Shown in pieces: positions 34,288 to 44,851 of a stretch of DNA of 64,000 nt. Positions within the stretch are counted from its first letter, which is position 1. Each line of letters starts with the position of its first letter. The stretch comes from Escherichia coli (lineage in GTDB: Bacteria; Pseudomonadota; Gammaproteobacteria; Enterobacterales; Enterobacteriaceae), in the NCBI RefSeq assembly GCF_046105845.1, contig NZ_CP151004.1. The stretch is one strand, 5' to 3'. The position numbers and the translations under genes are program-made. The notes beneath the pieces were generated by a model that ran no database searches, was not told where the DNA came from, and saw only the letters and a list, made by a program, of their open reading frames with translations.

Positions 34288-34321
34288 CGCTTACCCTGAA
34301 TATTCAGGGTAAGCGGTTTTC
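34288..34321 (+). terminator. Intrinsic terminator of maeB
   Basis: cgcttaccctga-atat-tcagggtaagcg, perfect 12 bp stem, followed by gtttt. Confidence 0.85.
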
Positions 34322-34562
34322 CTGAAATATATTAGCAAAGTTTATTACTGAGTTTGCGAATAATAAAAAAAGCAGTATATAAATTATCTCGATATTATTT
34401 TATTTATATTCATGCCTCGCATATGAAAGTTTATTCATAACAGTAAATATCTCTCCATTCTTAGTGATCTACCTCACCTTTTAAACGCGCTTGCCGAATT
34501 TTGTTATTTACTCTGACGAAAAATTGTCACGATACACGAAAGTTTTTCACAGGCGGCGACTC

Positions 34563-34898
34563 ATGGATAAAGAACGCATCATTCAGGAATTTGTGCCCGG
34601 TAAACAGGTCACACTGGCGCATCTCATCGCGCATCCCGGCGAGGAACTGGCGAAGAAAATCGGCGTTCCTGATGCGGGCGCAATCGGCATTATGACGCTA
34701 ACTCCCGGCGAAACGGCGATGATCGCCGGTGATTTAGCACTAAAAGCCGCCGATGTGCATATCGGTTTTCTCGACCGTTTTAGCGGCGCGTTGGTGATTT
34801 ATGGCTCGGTGGGTGCAGTAGAAGAAGCGTTATCACAAACCGTCAGCGGTTTAGGGCGTTTATTAAATTATACGCTTTGTGAAATGACCAAAAGTTAA
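34563..34898 (+). CDS. eutS: Microcompartment shell protein EutS (permuted BMC domain)
   Basis: 111 aa from ATG 34563 ([28 protein letters not shown]...); first gene of eut operon. Confidence 0.93.
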
Positions 34899-34910
34899 TA
34901 CGAGGCATTC

Positions 34911-35390
34911 ATGAAACGAATTGCGTTTGTGGGTACCGTCGGGGCAGGAAAAACAACGTTATTTAATGCGTTGCAGGGAGATTATACCCTCGCCAGAAAA
35001 ACGCAGGCCGTAGAATTTAATGATAAGGGCGATATTGATACGCCGGGTGAATATTTTAGCCATCCCCGCTGGTATCACGCCTTAATTACCACGCTACAGG
35101 ATGTGGACATGCTGATCTATGTCCATGGCGCAAATGACCCGGAAAGCCGATTGCCTGCCGGGTTGCTGGATATTGGCGTCAGCAAACGGCAAATCGCCAT
35201 CATCAGTAAAACGGACATGCCGGATGCTGACGTCGCCGCAACGCGAAAGTTATTGCTTGAGACGGGCTTCGAGGAGCCGATTTTCGAGCTAAACAGCCAC
35301 GACCCGCAAAGCGTGCAGCAACTGGTGGATTATCTGGCATCTCTCACCAAACAGGAGGAAGCAGGTGAAAAAACTCATCACAGCGAATGA
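34911..35390 (+). CDS. eutP: Ethanolamine utilisation protein EutP (P-loop GTPase-like)
   Basis: 159 aa; Walker A GTVGAGKTT. Confidence 0.93.
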   Translation: MKRIAFVGTVGAGKTTLFNALQGDYTLARKTQAVEFNDKGDIDTPGEYFSHPRWYHALITTLQDVDMLIYVHGANDPESRLPAGLLDIGVSKRQIAIISKTDMPDADVAATRKLLLETGFEEPIFELNSHDPQSVQQLVDYLASLTKQEEAGEKTHHSE

Positions 35391-36066
35391 TATTCGTGAA
35401 GCACACGCGCGCGGCGAACAGGCAATGTCCGTGGTTCTGCGCGCCAGCATTATTACCCCGGAAGCCCGTGAAGTGGCAGATCTACTGGGTTTTACCATCA
35501 CTGAATGTGATGAATCGACCCCGGTAACGGCGTCCGTTCCCGCCAGCGTGCCAGCCGATAAAACCGAAAGCCAGCGCATCCGCGAAACCATCATCGCCCA
35601 GCTACCGGAAGGCCAGTTTACCGAAAGCCTGGTCGCGCAGCTGATGGAAAAAGTGATGAAGGAAAAACTGTCGCTGGAGCAGGGTGCAATGCAGCCGAGT
35701 TTCAAATCGGTGACCGGCAAAGGCGGCATCAAAGTTATTGATGGCAGCAGCGTCAAGTTTGGTCGTTTCGACGGCGCACAGCCACACTGCGTCGGATTAA
35801 CGGATCTGGTCACCGGAGACGACGGCAGCAGCATGGCCGCTGGTTTTATGCAGTGGGAGAACGCCTTCTTCCCGTGGACCCTGAACTATGACGAAATCGA
35901 CATGGTACTGGAAGGGGAACTGCACGTTCGCCACGAAGGCGAAACCATGATCGCCAAAGCAGGCGACGTGATGTTTATCCCGAAAGGCTCCAGCATCGAA
36001 TTTGGTACGACATCCAGCGTGAAATTCCTGTATGTCGCCTGGCCGGCTAACTGGCAATCCCTATGA
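35365..36066 (+). CDS. eutQ: Ethanolamine utilisation protein EutQ (cupin-type)
   Basis: 233 aa from GTG 35365; overlaps eutP by 26 bp. Confidence 0.92.
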   Translation: MKKLITANDIREAHARGEQAMSVVLRASIITPEAREVADLLGFTITECDESTPVTASVPASVPADKTESQRIRETIIAQLPEGQFTESLVAQLMEKVMKEKLSLEQGAMQPSFKSVTGKGGIKVIDGSSVKFGRFDGAQPHCVGLTDLVTGDDGSSMAAGFMQWENAFFPWTLNYDEIDMVLEGELHVRHEGETMIAKAGDVMFIPKGSSIEFGTTSSVKFLYVAWPANWQSL

Positions 36067-36866
36067 AAGATTTCATCACCGAAGCATGGCTAAGAGCGAA
36101 CCATACGCTCAGCGAAGGCGCAGAGATCCATCTCCCTGCGGACAGTCGCCTGACGCCCTCTGCCCGGGAGTTGCTGGAAAGCCGCCATCTGCGCATCAAG
36201 TTTATTGACGAGCAGGGCCGCCTGTTTGTTGACGATGAACAGCAGCAGCCGCAGCCCGTTCATGGGCTGACCAGTAGCGATGAACATCCGCAGGCGTGCT
36301 GCGAACTGTGCCGCCAGCCGGTGGCGAAAAAGCCGGATACGCTGACTCACCTGTCGGCGGAAAAAATGGTTGCCAAAAGCGATCCGCGTCTGGGTTTTCG
36401 TGCGGTTCTCGACAGCACCATTGCGCTGGCAGTGTGGCTGCAAATTGAACTGGCGGAACCGTGGCAGCCGTGGCTGGCGGATATCCGTTCGCGTCTTGGC
36501 AACATTATGCGTGCCGATGCGCTGGGGGAACCGCTGGGCGATCAAGCGATTGTCGGGCTTTCTGACGAAGATCTGCACCGGCTTTCTCATCAGCCGTTGC
36601 GTTATCTTGGTCACGATCATCTGGTGCCGGAAGCCAGCCACGGGCGCGATGCGGCGTTGCTGAATCTGCTACGCACCAAAGTGCGGGAAACCGAAACCGT
36701 AGCGGCGCAGGTGTTTATCACCCGCAGCTTTGAAGTATTACGCCCGGACATCTTGCAGGCGCTGAACCGCCTTTCCAGCACGGTCTACGTGATGATGATC
36801 CTGAGCGTAACGAAGCAGCCGCTAACGGTGAAGCAGATCCAACAACGACTGGGGGAAACGCAATGA
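36063..36866 (+). CDS. eutT: Ethanolamine utilisation corrinoid adenosyltransferase EutT
   Basis: 267 aa; start overlaps eutQ stop (ATGA). Confidence 0.92.
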   Translation: MKDFITEAWLRANHTLSEGAEIHLPADSRLTPSARELLESRHLRIKFIDEQGRLFVDDEQQQPQPVHGLTSSDEHPQACCELCRQPVAKKPDTLTHLSAEKMVAKSDPRLGFRAVLDSTIALAVWLQIELAEPWQPWLADIRSRLGNIMRADALGEPLGDQAIVGLSDEDLHRLSHQPLRYLGHDHLVPEASHGRDAALLNLLRTKVRETETVAAQVFITRSFEVLRPDILQALNRLSSTVYVMMILSVTKQPLTVKQIQQRLGETQ

Positions 36867-37879
36867 TTATTGAACGTTGTCGTGAACTGGCGTTGCGAGC
36901 GCCCGCCACAGTGGTTTTTCCGGATGCGTTAGATCAACGTGTGCTGAAAGCTGCGCAATATTTACATCAACAAGGTCTGGCAACGCCCATTCTGGTCGCC
37001 AATCCGTTTGAACTTCGTCAGTTTGCGCTCAGTCACGGCGTGGCGATGGACGGGCTACAGGTGATAGATCCACATGGCAACCTCGCAATGCGGGAAGAAT
37101 TTGCCCATCGCTGGCTGGCCCGCGCGGGCGAAAAAACGCCGCCGGATGCGCTGGAAAAACTCACCGAACCGCTTATGTTCGCCGCAGCAATGGTCAGCGC
37201 CGGTAAAGCGGATGTCTGTATCGCGGGCAACCTCTCTTCCACGGCGAATGTGCTGCGTGCCGGATTACGCATTATCGGCTTGCAGCCAGGCTGTAAAACG
37301 CTCTCCTCCATTTTCCTGATGCTGCCACAGTACAGTGGCCCCGCATTGGGCTTTGCCGATTGCAGCGTGGTGCCACAGCCGACGGCGGCGCAGTTGGCGG
37401 ATATCGCGCTTGCCAGCGCCGAAACCTGGCGCGCCATCACCGGAGAAGAGCCGCGCGTGGCGATGTTGTCGTTTTCCAGTAACGGCAGCGCCCGTCACCC
37501 CTGCGTTGCCAATGTCCAGCAGGCGACAGAAATCGTCCGTGAGCGCGCGCCGCAGTTGGTAGTCGATGGCGAGTTGCAGTTTGACGCCGCCTTCGTGCCG
37601 GAAGTGGCGGCGCAAAAAGCGCCTGCCAGCCCGCTACAAGGCAAGGCCAATGTGATGGTTTTTCCGTCGCTGGAAGCCGGAAATATTGGCTACAAAATCG
37701 CACAACGACTCGGCGGATATCGTGCCGTCGGGCCATTGATACAAGGACTTGCCGCGCCGATGCACGATCTCTCTCGTGGTTGTAGCGTGCAGGAAATTAT
37801 CGAGCTGGCGCTGGTGGCAGCTGTGCCGCGTCAGACAGAAGTAAACCGTGAAAGCAGTTTACAAACACTGGTTGAATGA
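36863..37879 (+). CDS. eutD: Phosphotransacetylase EutD
   Basis: 338 aa PTA-family sequence; start overlaps eutT stop. Confidence 0.93.
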   Translation: MIIERCRELALRAPATVVFPDALDQRVLKAAQYLHQQGLATPILVANPFELRQFALSHGVAMDGLQVIDPHGNLAMREEFAHRWLARAGEKTPPDALEKLTEPLMFAAAMVSAGKADVCIAGNLSSTANVLRAGLRIIGLQPGCKTLSSIFLMLPQYSGPALGFADCSVVPQPTAAQLADIALASAETWRAITGEEPRVAMLSFSSNGSARHPCVANVQQATEIVRERAPQLVVDGELQFDAAFVPEVAAQKAPASPLQGKANVMVFPSLEAGNIGYKIAQRLGGYRAVGPLIQGLAAPMHDLSRGCSVQEIIELALVAAVPRQTEVNRESSLQTLVE

Positions 37880-37917
37880 ACGGTCCCGTTCTGGACCCTG
37901 ATAAAGAGGAAAGCACA

Positions 37918-38211
37918 ATGGAAGCATTAGGAATGATCGAAACCCGGGGCCTGGTTGCACTGATTGAGGCTTCTGACGCGATGGTTAAAGCTGCGCGCGT
38001 CAAGCTGGTTGGTGTTAAGCAGATTGGCGGCGGCCTGTGTACTGCCATGGTTCGTGGTGATGTTGCAGCCTGTAAAGCCGCGACCGACGCAGGTGCTGCA
38101 GCGGCACAGCGTATCGGCGAGCTGGTATCTGTACACGTTATCCCGCGTCCGCACGGCGACCTGGAAGAAGTCTTCCCGATCGGCCTGAAAGGCGATAGCA
38201 GCAACCTGTAA
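37918..38211 (+). CDS. eutM: Major microcompartment shell protein EutM (BMC-H)
   Basis: 97 aa from ATG 37918 preceded by AAGAGGA; [28 protein letters not shown]. Confidence 0.95.
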   Translation: MEALGMIETRGLVALIEASDAMVKAARVKLVGVKQIGGGLCTAMVRGDVAACKAATDAGAAAAQRIGELVSVHVIPRPHGDLEEVFPIGLKGDSSNL

Positions 38212-38317
38212 TCACCCTGTGTGACGTCGATTCGGGCGTCACGCTCTCTCCTTTTTCAGTTTACCTTCCGCGGAGGGTAGGGGGAGCTTTTACCTGAAAT
38301 ACGCCACGGAGGCGGGT

Positions 38318-38605
38318 ATGAAACTGGCAGTCGTCACTGGACAAATTGTTTGTACCGTACGCCATCACGGACTGGCGCATGACAAATTGCTGATGGTGGA
38401 AATGATTGATCCACAAGGTAATCCTGACGGGCAATGTGCCGTCGCCATCGACAATATTGGCGCGGGAACCGGGGAGTGGGTGTTGCTGGTGAGTGGCAGT
38501 TCTGCCCGCCAGGCGCATAAAAGCGAAACGTCACCGGTCGATCTGTGCGTGATTGGCATCGTCGATGAGGTGGTGTCTGGCGGTCAGGTAATTTTCCACA
38601 AATAA
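38318..38605 (+). CDS. eutN: Microcompartment vertex protein EutN (BMC-V)
   Basis: 95 aa (MKLAVVTGQIVCTVRHHGLAHDKLLMVEMID...). Confidence 0.94.
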   Translation: MKLAVVTGQIVCTVRHHGLAHDKLLMVEMIDPQGNPDGQCAVAIDNIGAGTGEWVLLVSGSSARQAHKSETSPVDLCVIGIVDEVVSGGQVIFHK

Positions 38606-38616
38606 GGCAGAACATC

Positions 38617-40020
38617 ATGAATCAACAGGATATTGAACAGGTGGTGAAAGCGGTACTGCTGAAAATGCAAAGCAGTGACACGCCGCCCGCCGCCGTTCAT
38701 GAGATAGGCGTTTTCGCGTCCCTGGATGACGCCGTTGCGGCAGCCAAAATTGCCCAGCAAGGGTTAAAGAGCGTGGCAATGCGCCAGTTAGCCATTGCTG
38801 CCATTCGTGAAGCAGGCGAAAAACACGCCAGAGATTTAGCGGAACTTGCCGTCAGTGAAACCGGCATGGGCCGCATCGAAGATAAATTTGCCAAAAACGT
38901 CGCTCAGGCGCGCGGCACACCGGGCGTTGAGTGCCTCTCTCCGCAGGTGCTGACTGGCGACAACGGCCTGACTTTAATTGAAAACGCGCCCTGGGGCGTG
39001 GTGGCTTCGGTGACGCCTTCCACTAACCCGGCGGCAACCGTCATTAATAACGCCATCAGCCTGATTGCCGCGGGCAACAGCGTCATTTTTGCCCCGCATC
39101 CGGCGGCGAAAAAAGTCTCCCAGCGGGCGATCACGCTGCTCAACCAGGCGATTGTTGCCGCAGGCGGGCCGGAAAACTTACTGGTTACTGTGGCCAATCC
39201 GGATATCGAAACCGCGCAACGTTTGTTCAAGTTCCCGGGTATCGGCCTGCTGGTGGTGACCGGCGGCGAAGCGGTAGTGGAAGCGGCGCGTAAACACACC
39301 AATAAACGTCTGATTGCCGCAGGTGCTGGCAACCCGCCGGTAGTGGTGGATGAAACCGCTGACCTCGCCCGTGCAGCTCAGTCCATCGTCAAAGGCGCGT
39401 CTTTCGATAACAACATCATTTGTGCCGACGAAAAGGTACTGATTGTTGTGGATAGCGTAGCCGATGAACTGATGCGTCTGATGGAAGGCCAGCACGCGGT
39501 GAAACTGACCGCAGAGCAGGCGCAGCAGCTACAACCGGTGTTGCTGAAAAATATCGACGAGCGCGGAAAAGGCACCGTCAGCCGTGACTGGGTTGGTCGT
39601 GATGCGGCGAAAATCGCGGCGGCAATCGGCCTTACAGTTCCGGAACAAACGCGACTGCTGTTTGTAGAAACCACCGCAGAACATCCGTTTGCCGTGACCG
39701 AACTGATGATGCCGGTGCTGCCCGTCGTGCGCGTCGCCAACGTGGCGGATGCCATTGCGCTGGCGGTGAAACTGGAAGGCGGTTGCCACCACACGGCGGC
39801 AATGCACTCGCGCAATATCGAGAACATGAACCAGATGGCGAATGCCATTGATACCAGCATTTTCGTTAAGAACGGACCGTGCATTGCCGGGCTGGGGCTG
39901 GGCGGGGAAGGCTGGACCACCATGACCATCACCACGCCAACCGGTGAAGGGGTAACCAGCGCGCGTACGTTTGTCCGTCTGCGTCGCTGTGTATTAGTCG
40001 ATGCGTTTCGCATTGTTTAA
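38617..40020 (+). CDS. eutE: CoA-acylating acetaldehyde dehydrogenase EutE
   Basis: 467 aa aldehyde dehydrogenase-family sequence with active-site Cys context (NNIICADEK). Confidence 0.94.
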   Translation: MNQQDIEQVVKAVLLKMQSSDTPPAAVHEIGVFASLDDAVAAAKIAQQGLKSVAMRQLAIAAIREAGEKHARDLAELAVSETGMGRIEDKFAKNVAQARGTPGVECLSPQVLTGDNGLTLIENAPWGVVASVTPSTNPAATVINNAISLIAAGNSVIFAPHPAAKKVSQRAITLLNQAIVAAGGPENLLVTVANPDIETAQRLFKFPGIGLLVVTGGEAVVEAARKHTNKRLIAAGAGNPPVVVDETADLARAAQSIVKGASFDNNIICADEKVLIVVDSVADELMRLMEGQHAVKLTAEQAQQLQPVLLKNIDERGKGTVSRDWVGRDAAKIAAAIGLTVPEQTRLLFVETTAEHPFAVTELMMPVLPVVRVANVADAIALAVKLEGGCHHTAAMHSRNIENMNQMANAIDTSIFVKNGPCIAGLGLGGEGWTTMTITTPTGEGVTSARTFVRLRRCVLVDAFRIV

Positions 40021-40030
40021 GGAGTAACCG

Positions 40031-40867
40031 ATGGCGCACGACGAACAATGGCTCACCCCACGTCTGCACATAGCGGCAACGCTGTGTAACCAGACGCCTG
40101 CCGCGACGGAATCTCCGCTGTGGCTGGGGGTGGATTTGGGCACCTGCGATGTGGTGTCGATGGTTGTTGACCGCGACGGTCAGCCGGTGGCGGTATGCCT
40201 CGACTGGGCTGATGTGGTCCGCGACGGCATCGTCTGGGATTTCTTCGGTGCGGTCACCATTGTTCGTCGCCATCTCGACACCCTCGAGCAGCAATTCGGT
40301 CGCCGTTTTAGCCATGCGGCGACCTCTTTTCCTCCAGGTACGGACCCGCGTATTTCCATCAACGTGCTGGAGTCTGCCGGGCTGGAAGTGAGCCATGTGC
40401 TGGATGAGCCAACCGCAGTCGCGGATCTGCTGCAACTGGACAACGCCGGTGTAGTGGATATCGGCGGTGGCACTACCGGCATTGCCATCGTGAAAAAGGG
40501 CAAGGTGACGTACTCGGCAGATGAAGCCACCGGCGGACATCACATCTCTCTGACTCTCGCCGGAAATCGTCGTATTTCGCTGGAAGAGGCAGAGCAGTAC
40601 AAGCGCGGTCACGGTGAAGAGATTTGGCCCGCGGTGAAACCGGTGTACGAAAAAATGGCGGACATTGTTGCCCGGCATATTGAAGGGCAGGGCATTACTG
40701 ATTTATGGCTGGCGGGCGGCTCCTGTATGCAACCGGGCGTGGCGGAACTGTTTTGCAAACAATTCCCGGCGTTACAGGTGCATCTACCGCAGCACAGTTT
40801 GTTTATGACCCCGCTGGCGATCGCCAGTAGCGGGCGAGAGAAAGCGGAGGGGATCTATGCAAAATGA
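40031..40867 (+). CDS. eutJ: Ethanolamine utilisation chaperone-like protein EutJ (actin/Hsp70-fold ATPase)
   Basis: 278 aa; phosphate-binding loops DLGTCD and DIGGGTTG. Confidence 0.93.
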   Translation: MAHDEQWLTPRLHIAATLCNQTPAATESPLWLGVDLGTCDVVSMVVDRDGQPVAVCLDWADVVRDGIVWDFFGAVTIVRRHLDTLEQQFGRRFSHAATSFPPGTDPRISINVLESAGLEVSHVLDEPTAVADLLQLDNAGVVDIGGGTTGIAIVKKGKVTYSADEATGGHHISLTLAGNRRISLEEAEQYKRGHGEEIWPAVKPVYEKMADIVARHIEGQGITDLWLAGGSCMQPGVAELFCKQFPALQVHLPQHSLFMTPLAIASSGREKAEGIYAK

Positions 40868-42044
40868 ATTGCAGACCGCGCTCTTTCAGGCGTTCGATAC
40901 CCTGAATCTGCAACGGGTAAAAACATTTAGCGTTCCACCGGTGACGCTTTGCGGTCCGGGCGCGATGAGCAGTTGCGGGCAGCAAGCGCAAACGCGTGGG
41001 CTGAAACATCTGTTCGTGATGGCAGACAGCTTTTTGCATCAGGCGGGGATGACCGCCGGGCTGACGCGTAGCCTGGCCGTTAAAGGTATCGCCATGACGC
41101 TCTGGCCATGTCTGGTGGGCGAACCGTGCATCACCGACGTGTGTGCAGCCGTGGCGCAGTTGCGTGAATCGGGTTGCGATGGGGTGATCGCGTTTGGTGG
41201 TGGCTCGGTGCTGGATGCGGCAAAAGCCGTGGCGTTGCTGGTGACGAATCCCGATAGCACGCTGGCAGAAATGTCAGAAACCAGCATTCTGCAACCGCGC
41301 CTGCCGTTGATTGCCATTCCAACGACCGCCGGAACCGGCTCTGAAACCACCAACGTAACGGTGATTATCGACGCTGTGAGCGGGCGCAAGCAGGTGTTAG
41401 CCCACGCCTCGCTGATGCCGGATGTGGCGATTCTCGACGCTGCGCTGACCGAAGGCGTGCCGTCGCATGTCACGGCGATGACTGGCATTGATGCGTTAAC
41501 CCATGCTATTGAAGCGTACAGCGCGCTGAACGCGACACCGTTTACCGACAGCCTGGCGATTGGCGCAATCGCGATGATTGGTAAATCACTGCCGAAAGCG
41601 GTGGGCTACGGTCATGACCTTGCCGCGCGCGAGAGCATGTTGCTGGCTTCATGCATGGCGGGAATGGCGTTTTCCAGTGCGGGGCTTGGGTTATGCCACG
41701 CGATGGCGCATCAGCCGGGGGCGGCGCTGCATATTCCGCACGGTCTGGCGAACGCCATGTTGCTGCCAACGGTGATGGAATTTAACCGGATGGTTTGTCG
41801 TGAACGCTTTAGTCAGATTGGTCGGGCGCTGCGAACTAAAAAATCCGACGATCGTGACGCTATTAACGCGGTAAGTGAGCTGATTGCGGAAGTCGGGATT
41901 GGTAAACGACTGGGCGATATTGGTGCGACATCTGCGCATTACGGCGCATGGGCGCAGGCCGCGCTGGAAGATATTTGTCTGCGCAGCAACCCGCGTACCG
42001 CCAGCCTGGAGCAGATTATTGGTCTGTATGCTGCGGCGCAATAA
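40857..42044 (+). CDS. eutG: Iron-containing alcohol dehydrogenase EutG
   Basis: 395 aa Fe-ADH family (GGGSVLDAAKAVA); overlaps eutJ by 11 bp. Confidence 0.94.
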   Translation: MQNELQTALFQAFDTLNLQRVKTFSVPPVTLCGPGAMSSCGQQAQTRGLKHLFVMADSFLHQAGMTAGLTRSLAVKGIAMTLWPCLVGEPCITDVCAAVAQLRESGCDGVIAFGGGSVLDAAKAVALLVTNPDSTLAEMSETSILQPRLPLIAIPTTAGTGSETTNVTVIIDAVSGRKQVLAHASLMPDVAILDAALTEGVPSHVTAMTGIDALTHAIEAYSALNATPFTDSLAIGAIAMIGKSLPKAVGYGHDLAARESMLLASCMAGMAFSSAGLGLCHAMAHQPGAALHIPHGLANAMLLPTVMEFNRMVCRERFSQIGRALRTKKSDDRDAINAVSELIAEVGIGKRLGDIGATSAHYGAWAQAALEDICLRSNPRTASLEQIIGLYAAAQ

Positions 42045-42050
42045 AAGTGT

Positions 42051-42160
42051 ACGGACAGTCCCCTCGCCCCTTTGGGGAGAGGGTTAGGGTGAGGGGAACA
42101 GAGTCGCGCCGGTGCAAACAATTACCCTCACCCCGGCCCCTCGGCTTCCAGAGTGAGGGA
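42051..42160. repeat. Composite GC-rich palindromic repeat in the eutG-eutH spacer (two inverted units)
   Basis: Unit 1 at 42051..42100 is a near-identical copy of 28658..28707; a second unit in opposite orientation (accctcacccc...gagtgaggg) at 42124..42159. Confidence 0.6.
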
Positions 42161-42213
42161 AAAACCCACTTTCAGCATTGGCAATAAATAACAACTAACA
42201 GGGAGTAAAGGTG

Positions 42214-43440
42214 ATGGGAATTAACGAAATCATCATGTACATCATGATGTTCTTTATGCTGATAGCTGCCGTAGACAGGATCCTGTCGCAGTTCGGTGGT
42301 TCTGCTCGTTTCCTCGGTAAGTTCGGTAAAAGTATCGAAGGATCAGGCGGGCAGTTTGAAGAAGGCTTTATGGCAATGGGCGCTCTGGGCCTGGCGATGG
42401 TCGGTATGACCGCGCTGGCACCGGTACTGGCTCACGTACTCGGGCCGGTAATTATCCCGGTTTACGAAATGCTCGGTGCAAACCCGTCAATGTTCGCCGG
42501 AACACTGCTGGCGTGCGATATGGGCGGGTTCTTCCTCGCCAAAGAGCTGGCGGGCGGCGACGTAGCAGCGTGGCTATACTCTGGGTTAATTCTCGGGTCG
42601 ATGATGGGGCCAACGATTGTGTTTTCCATTCCGGTGGCGCTCGGCATTATCGAACCTTCTGACCGTCGTTATCTGGCGCTCGGCGTGCTGGCGGGCATTG
42701 TGACCATTCCGATTGGCTGTATTGCTGGTGGTCTGGTTGCTATGTACTCCGGTGTGCAGATCAACGGTCAGCCGGTGGAATTCACCTTTGCGCTGATCCT
42801 GATGAACATGATCCCGGTACTTATCGTTGCGGTGCTGGTGGCGCTGGGGCTGAAATTCATCCCGGAAAAAATGATCAACGGCTTCCAGATCTTCGCCAAA
42901 TTCCTCGTTGCATTGATCACCCTCGGTCTTGCTGCCGCGGTAGTGAAATTCCTCCTTGGCTGGGAACTGATCCCCGGTCTGGATCCTATCTTTATGGCCC
43001 CTGGCGATAAACCCGGTGAAGTGATGCGCGCCATTGAAGTTATCGGTTCTATCTCCTGCGTTCTGTTAGGGGCGTACCCGATGGTACTGCTGCTGACTCG
43101 CTGGTTTGAAAAACCGCTGATGAGCGTCGGTAAAGTGCTGAATATGAACAACATCGCGGCAGCTGGCATGGTGGCAACGCTTGCCAACAATATCCCGATG
43201 TTCGGCATGATGAAGCAGATGGATACCCGCGGCAAAGTGATCAACTGTGCCTTCGCCGTTTCCGCTGCTTTCGCCCTGGGTGACCACTTAGGCTTCGCCG
43301 CTGCCAACATGAACGCCATGATTTTCCCGATGATTGTCGGCAAGTTGATCGGCGGCGTAACGGCGATTGGCGTGGCGATGATGCTGGTGCCAAAAGAAGA
43401 CGCGACCGCGGCCAAAACCGAAGTGGAGGCACAATCGTGA
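42214..43440 (+). CDS. eutH: Ethanolamine permease EutH
   Basis: 408 aa polytopic membrane protein from ATG 42214 (MGINEIIMYIMMFFML...). Confidence 0.94.
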   Translation: MGINEIIMYIMMFFMLIAAVDRILSQFGGSARFLGKFGKSIEGSGGQFEEGFMAMGALGLAMVGMTALAPVLAHVLGPVIIPVYEMLGANPSMFAGTLLACDMGGFFLAKELAGGDVAAWLYSGLILGSMMGPTIVFSIPVALGIIEPSDRRYLALGVLAGIVTIPIGCIAGGLVAMYSGVQINGQPVEFTFALILMNMIPVLIVAVLVALGLKFIPEKMINGFQIFAKFLVALITLGLAAAVVKFLLGWELIPGLDPIFMAPGDKPGEVMRAIEVIGSISCVLLGAYPMVLLLTRWFEKPLMSVGKVLNMNNIAAAGMVATLANNIPMFGMMKQMDTRGKVINCAFAVSAAFALGDHLGFAAANMNAMIFPMIVGKLIGGVTAIGVAMMLVPKEDATAAKTEVEAQS

Positions 43441-44840
43441 ACACTCGCCAGCTACTGAGCGTCGGTATCGATATCGGCACCACCACCACCCAGGTGATCT
43501 TCTCCCACCTGGAGCTGGTTAACCGTGCGGCGGTGTCGCAGGTGCCGCGCTACGAATTCATCAAACGCGAAATTAGCTGGCAAAGCCCGGTGTTCTTTAC
43601 CCCTGTCGATAAACAGGGTGGTTTAAAAGAAGCGGAACTGAAATCGCTGATTTTAGAGCAATATCAGGCTGCGGGCATTGCGCCGGAAAGCGTTGATTCT
43701 GGTGCCATCATCATCACCGGTGAAAGCGCGAAAACCCGCAACGCTCGCCCGGCGGTGATGACGCTCTCCCAGTCGCTGGGCGATTTTGTCGTCGCCAGCG
43801 CCGGGCCGCATCTCGAATCCGTGATCGCCGGTCACGGTGCCGGGGCGCAAACCCTTTCTGAACAACGGCTGTGTCGGGTCCTGAATATCGATATCGGCGG
43901 TGGCACCGCGAACTACGCCCTGTTCGATGCCGGAAAAATCAGCGGCACCGCCTGCCTCAACGTCGGCGGTCGCCTGCTGGAAACCGACAGCCAGGGGCGC
44001 GTGGTTTACGCTCATAAACCGGGGCAGATGATTGTGGATGAGTGCTTCGGTGCAGGCACTGACGCCCGTTCGCTGACCGGCGCGCAGCTGGTGCAGGTTA
44101 CCCGGCGGATGGCAGAACTGATTGTCGAAGTGATTGACGGAACGCTCTCGCCGCTCGCGCAGGCATTGATGCAAACCGGTTTGTTGCCCGCAGGTGTTAC
44201 GCCCGAAATCATTACGCTTTCTGGCGGCGTGGGCGAATGTTATCGCCACCAGCCCGCCGACCCGTTCTGTTTTGCCGATATCGGCCCGCTGCTGGCAACG
44301 GCGCTGCATGACCATCCGAGCCTGCGTGAGATGAACGTGCAGTTTCCGGCGCAAACCGTACGCGCCACGGTGATTGGCGCGGGTGCACATACCCTTTCGC
44401 TCTCTGGCAGCACAATCTGGCTGGAGGGCGTACAACTGCCGCTGCGCAATTTGCCGGTGGCGATCCCGATTGATGAAACGGATCTGGTGAGTGCCTGGCA
44501 ACAAGCGCTAATTCAACTGGATCTTTGCCCCAAAACTGACGCGTACGTGCTGGCGCTTCCCGCCTCGCTGCCTGTGCGTTACGCCGCGGTACTGACGGTC
44601 ATCAACGCGCTGGTCGATTTCGTCGCGCGTTTTCCGAATCCGCATCCCCTGCTGGTGGTGGCCGGGCAGGACTTTGGTAAAGCTCTGGGCATGTTGTTGC
44701 GCCCACAGCTACAACAACTCCCGTTGGCAGTCATTGACGAAGTGATTGTCCGCGCGGGGGACTATATCGACATTGGTACGCCTCTTTTTGGCCGATCGGT
44801 TGTGCCGGTGACGGTGAAATCACTCGCATTTCCTTCCTGA
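43437..44840 (+). CDS. eutA: Ethanolamine ammonia-lyase reactivase EutA
   Basis: 467 aa from GTG 43437 (NTRQLLSVGIDIGTTTTQVIFS...), overlapping eutH stop. Confidence 0.94.
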   Translation: MNTRQLLSVGIDIGTTTTQVIFSHLELVNRAAVSQVPRYEFIKREISWQSPVFFTPVDKQGGLKEAELKSLILEQYQAAGIAPESVDSGAIIITGESAKTRNARPAVMTLSQSLGDFVVASAGPHLESVIAGHGAGAQTLSEQRLCRVLNIDIGGGTANYALFDAGKISGTACLNVGGRLLETDSQGRVVYAHKPGQMIVDECFGAGTDARSLTGAQLVQVTRRMAELIVEVIDGTLSPLAQALMQTGLLPAGVTPEIITLSGGVGECYRHQPADPFCFADIGPLLATALHDHPSLREMNVQFPAQTVRATVIGAGAHTLSLSGSTIWLEGVQLPLRNLPVAIPIDETDLVSAWQQALIQLDLCPKTDAYVLALPASLPVRYAAVLTVINALVDFVARFPNPHPLLVVAGQDFGKALGMLLRPQLQQLPLAVIDEVIVRAGDYIDIGTPLFGRSVVPVTVKSLAFPS

Positions 44841-44851
44841 GGGAACGACTT

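Noticed and set aside
44841-44851. Prophage (CPZ-55-type) or other insertion at the eutA/eutB junction
   Set aside because: eutA stop and eutB start are 11 bp apart with only a ribosome-binding site between them; no insertion is present.
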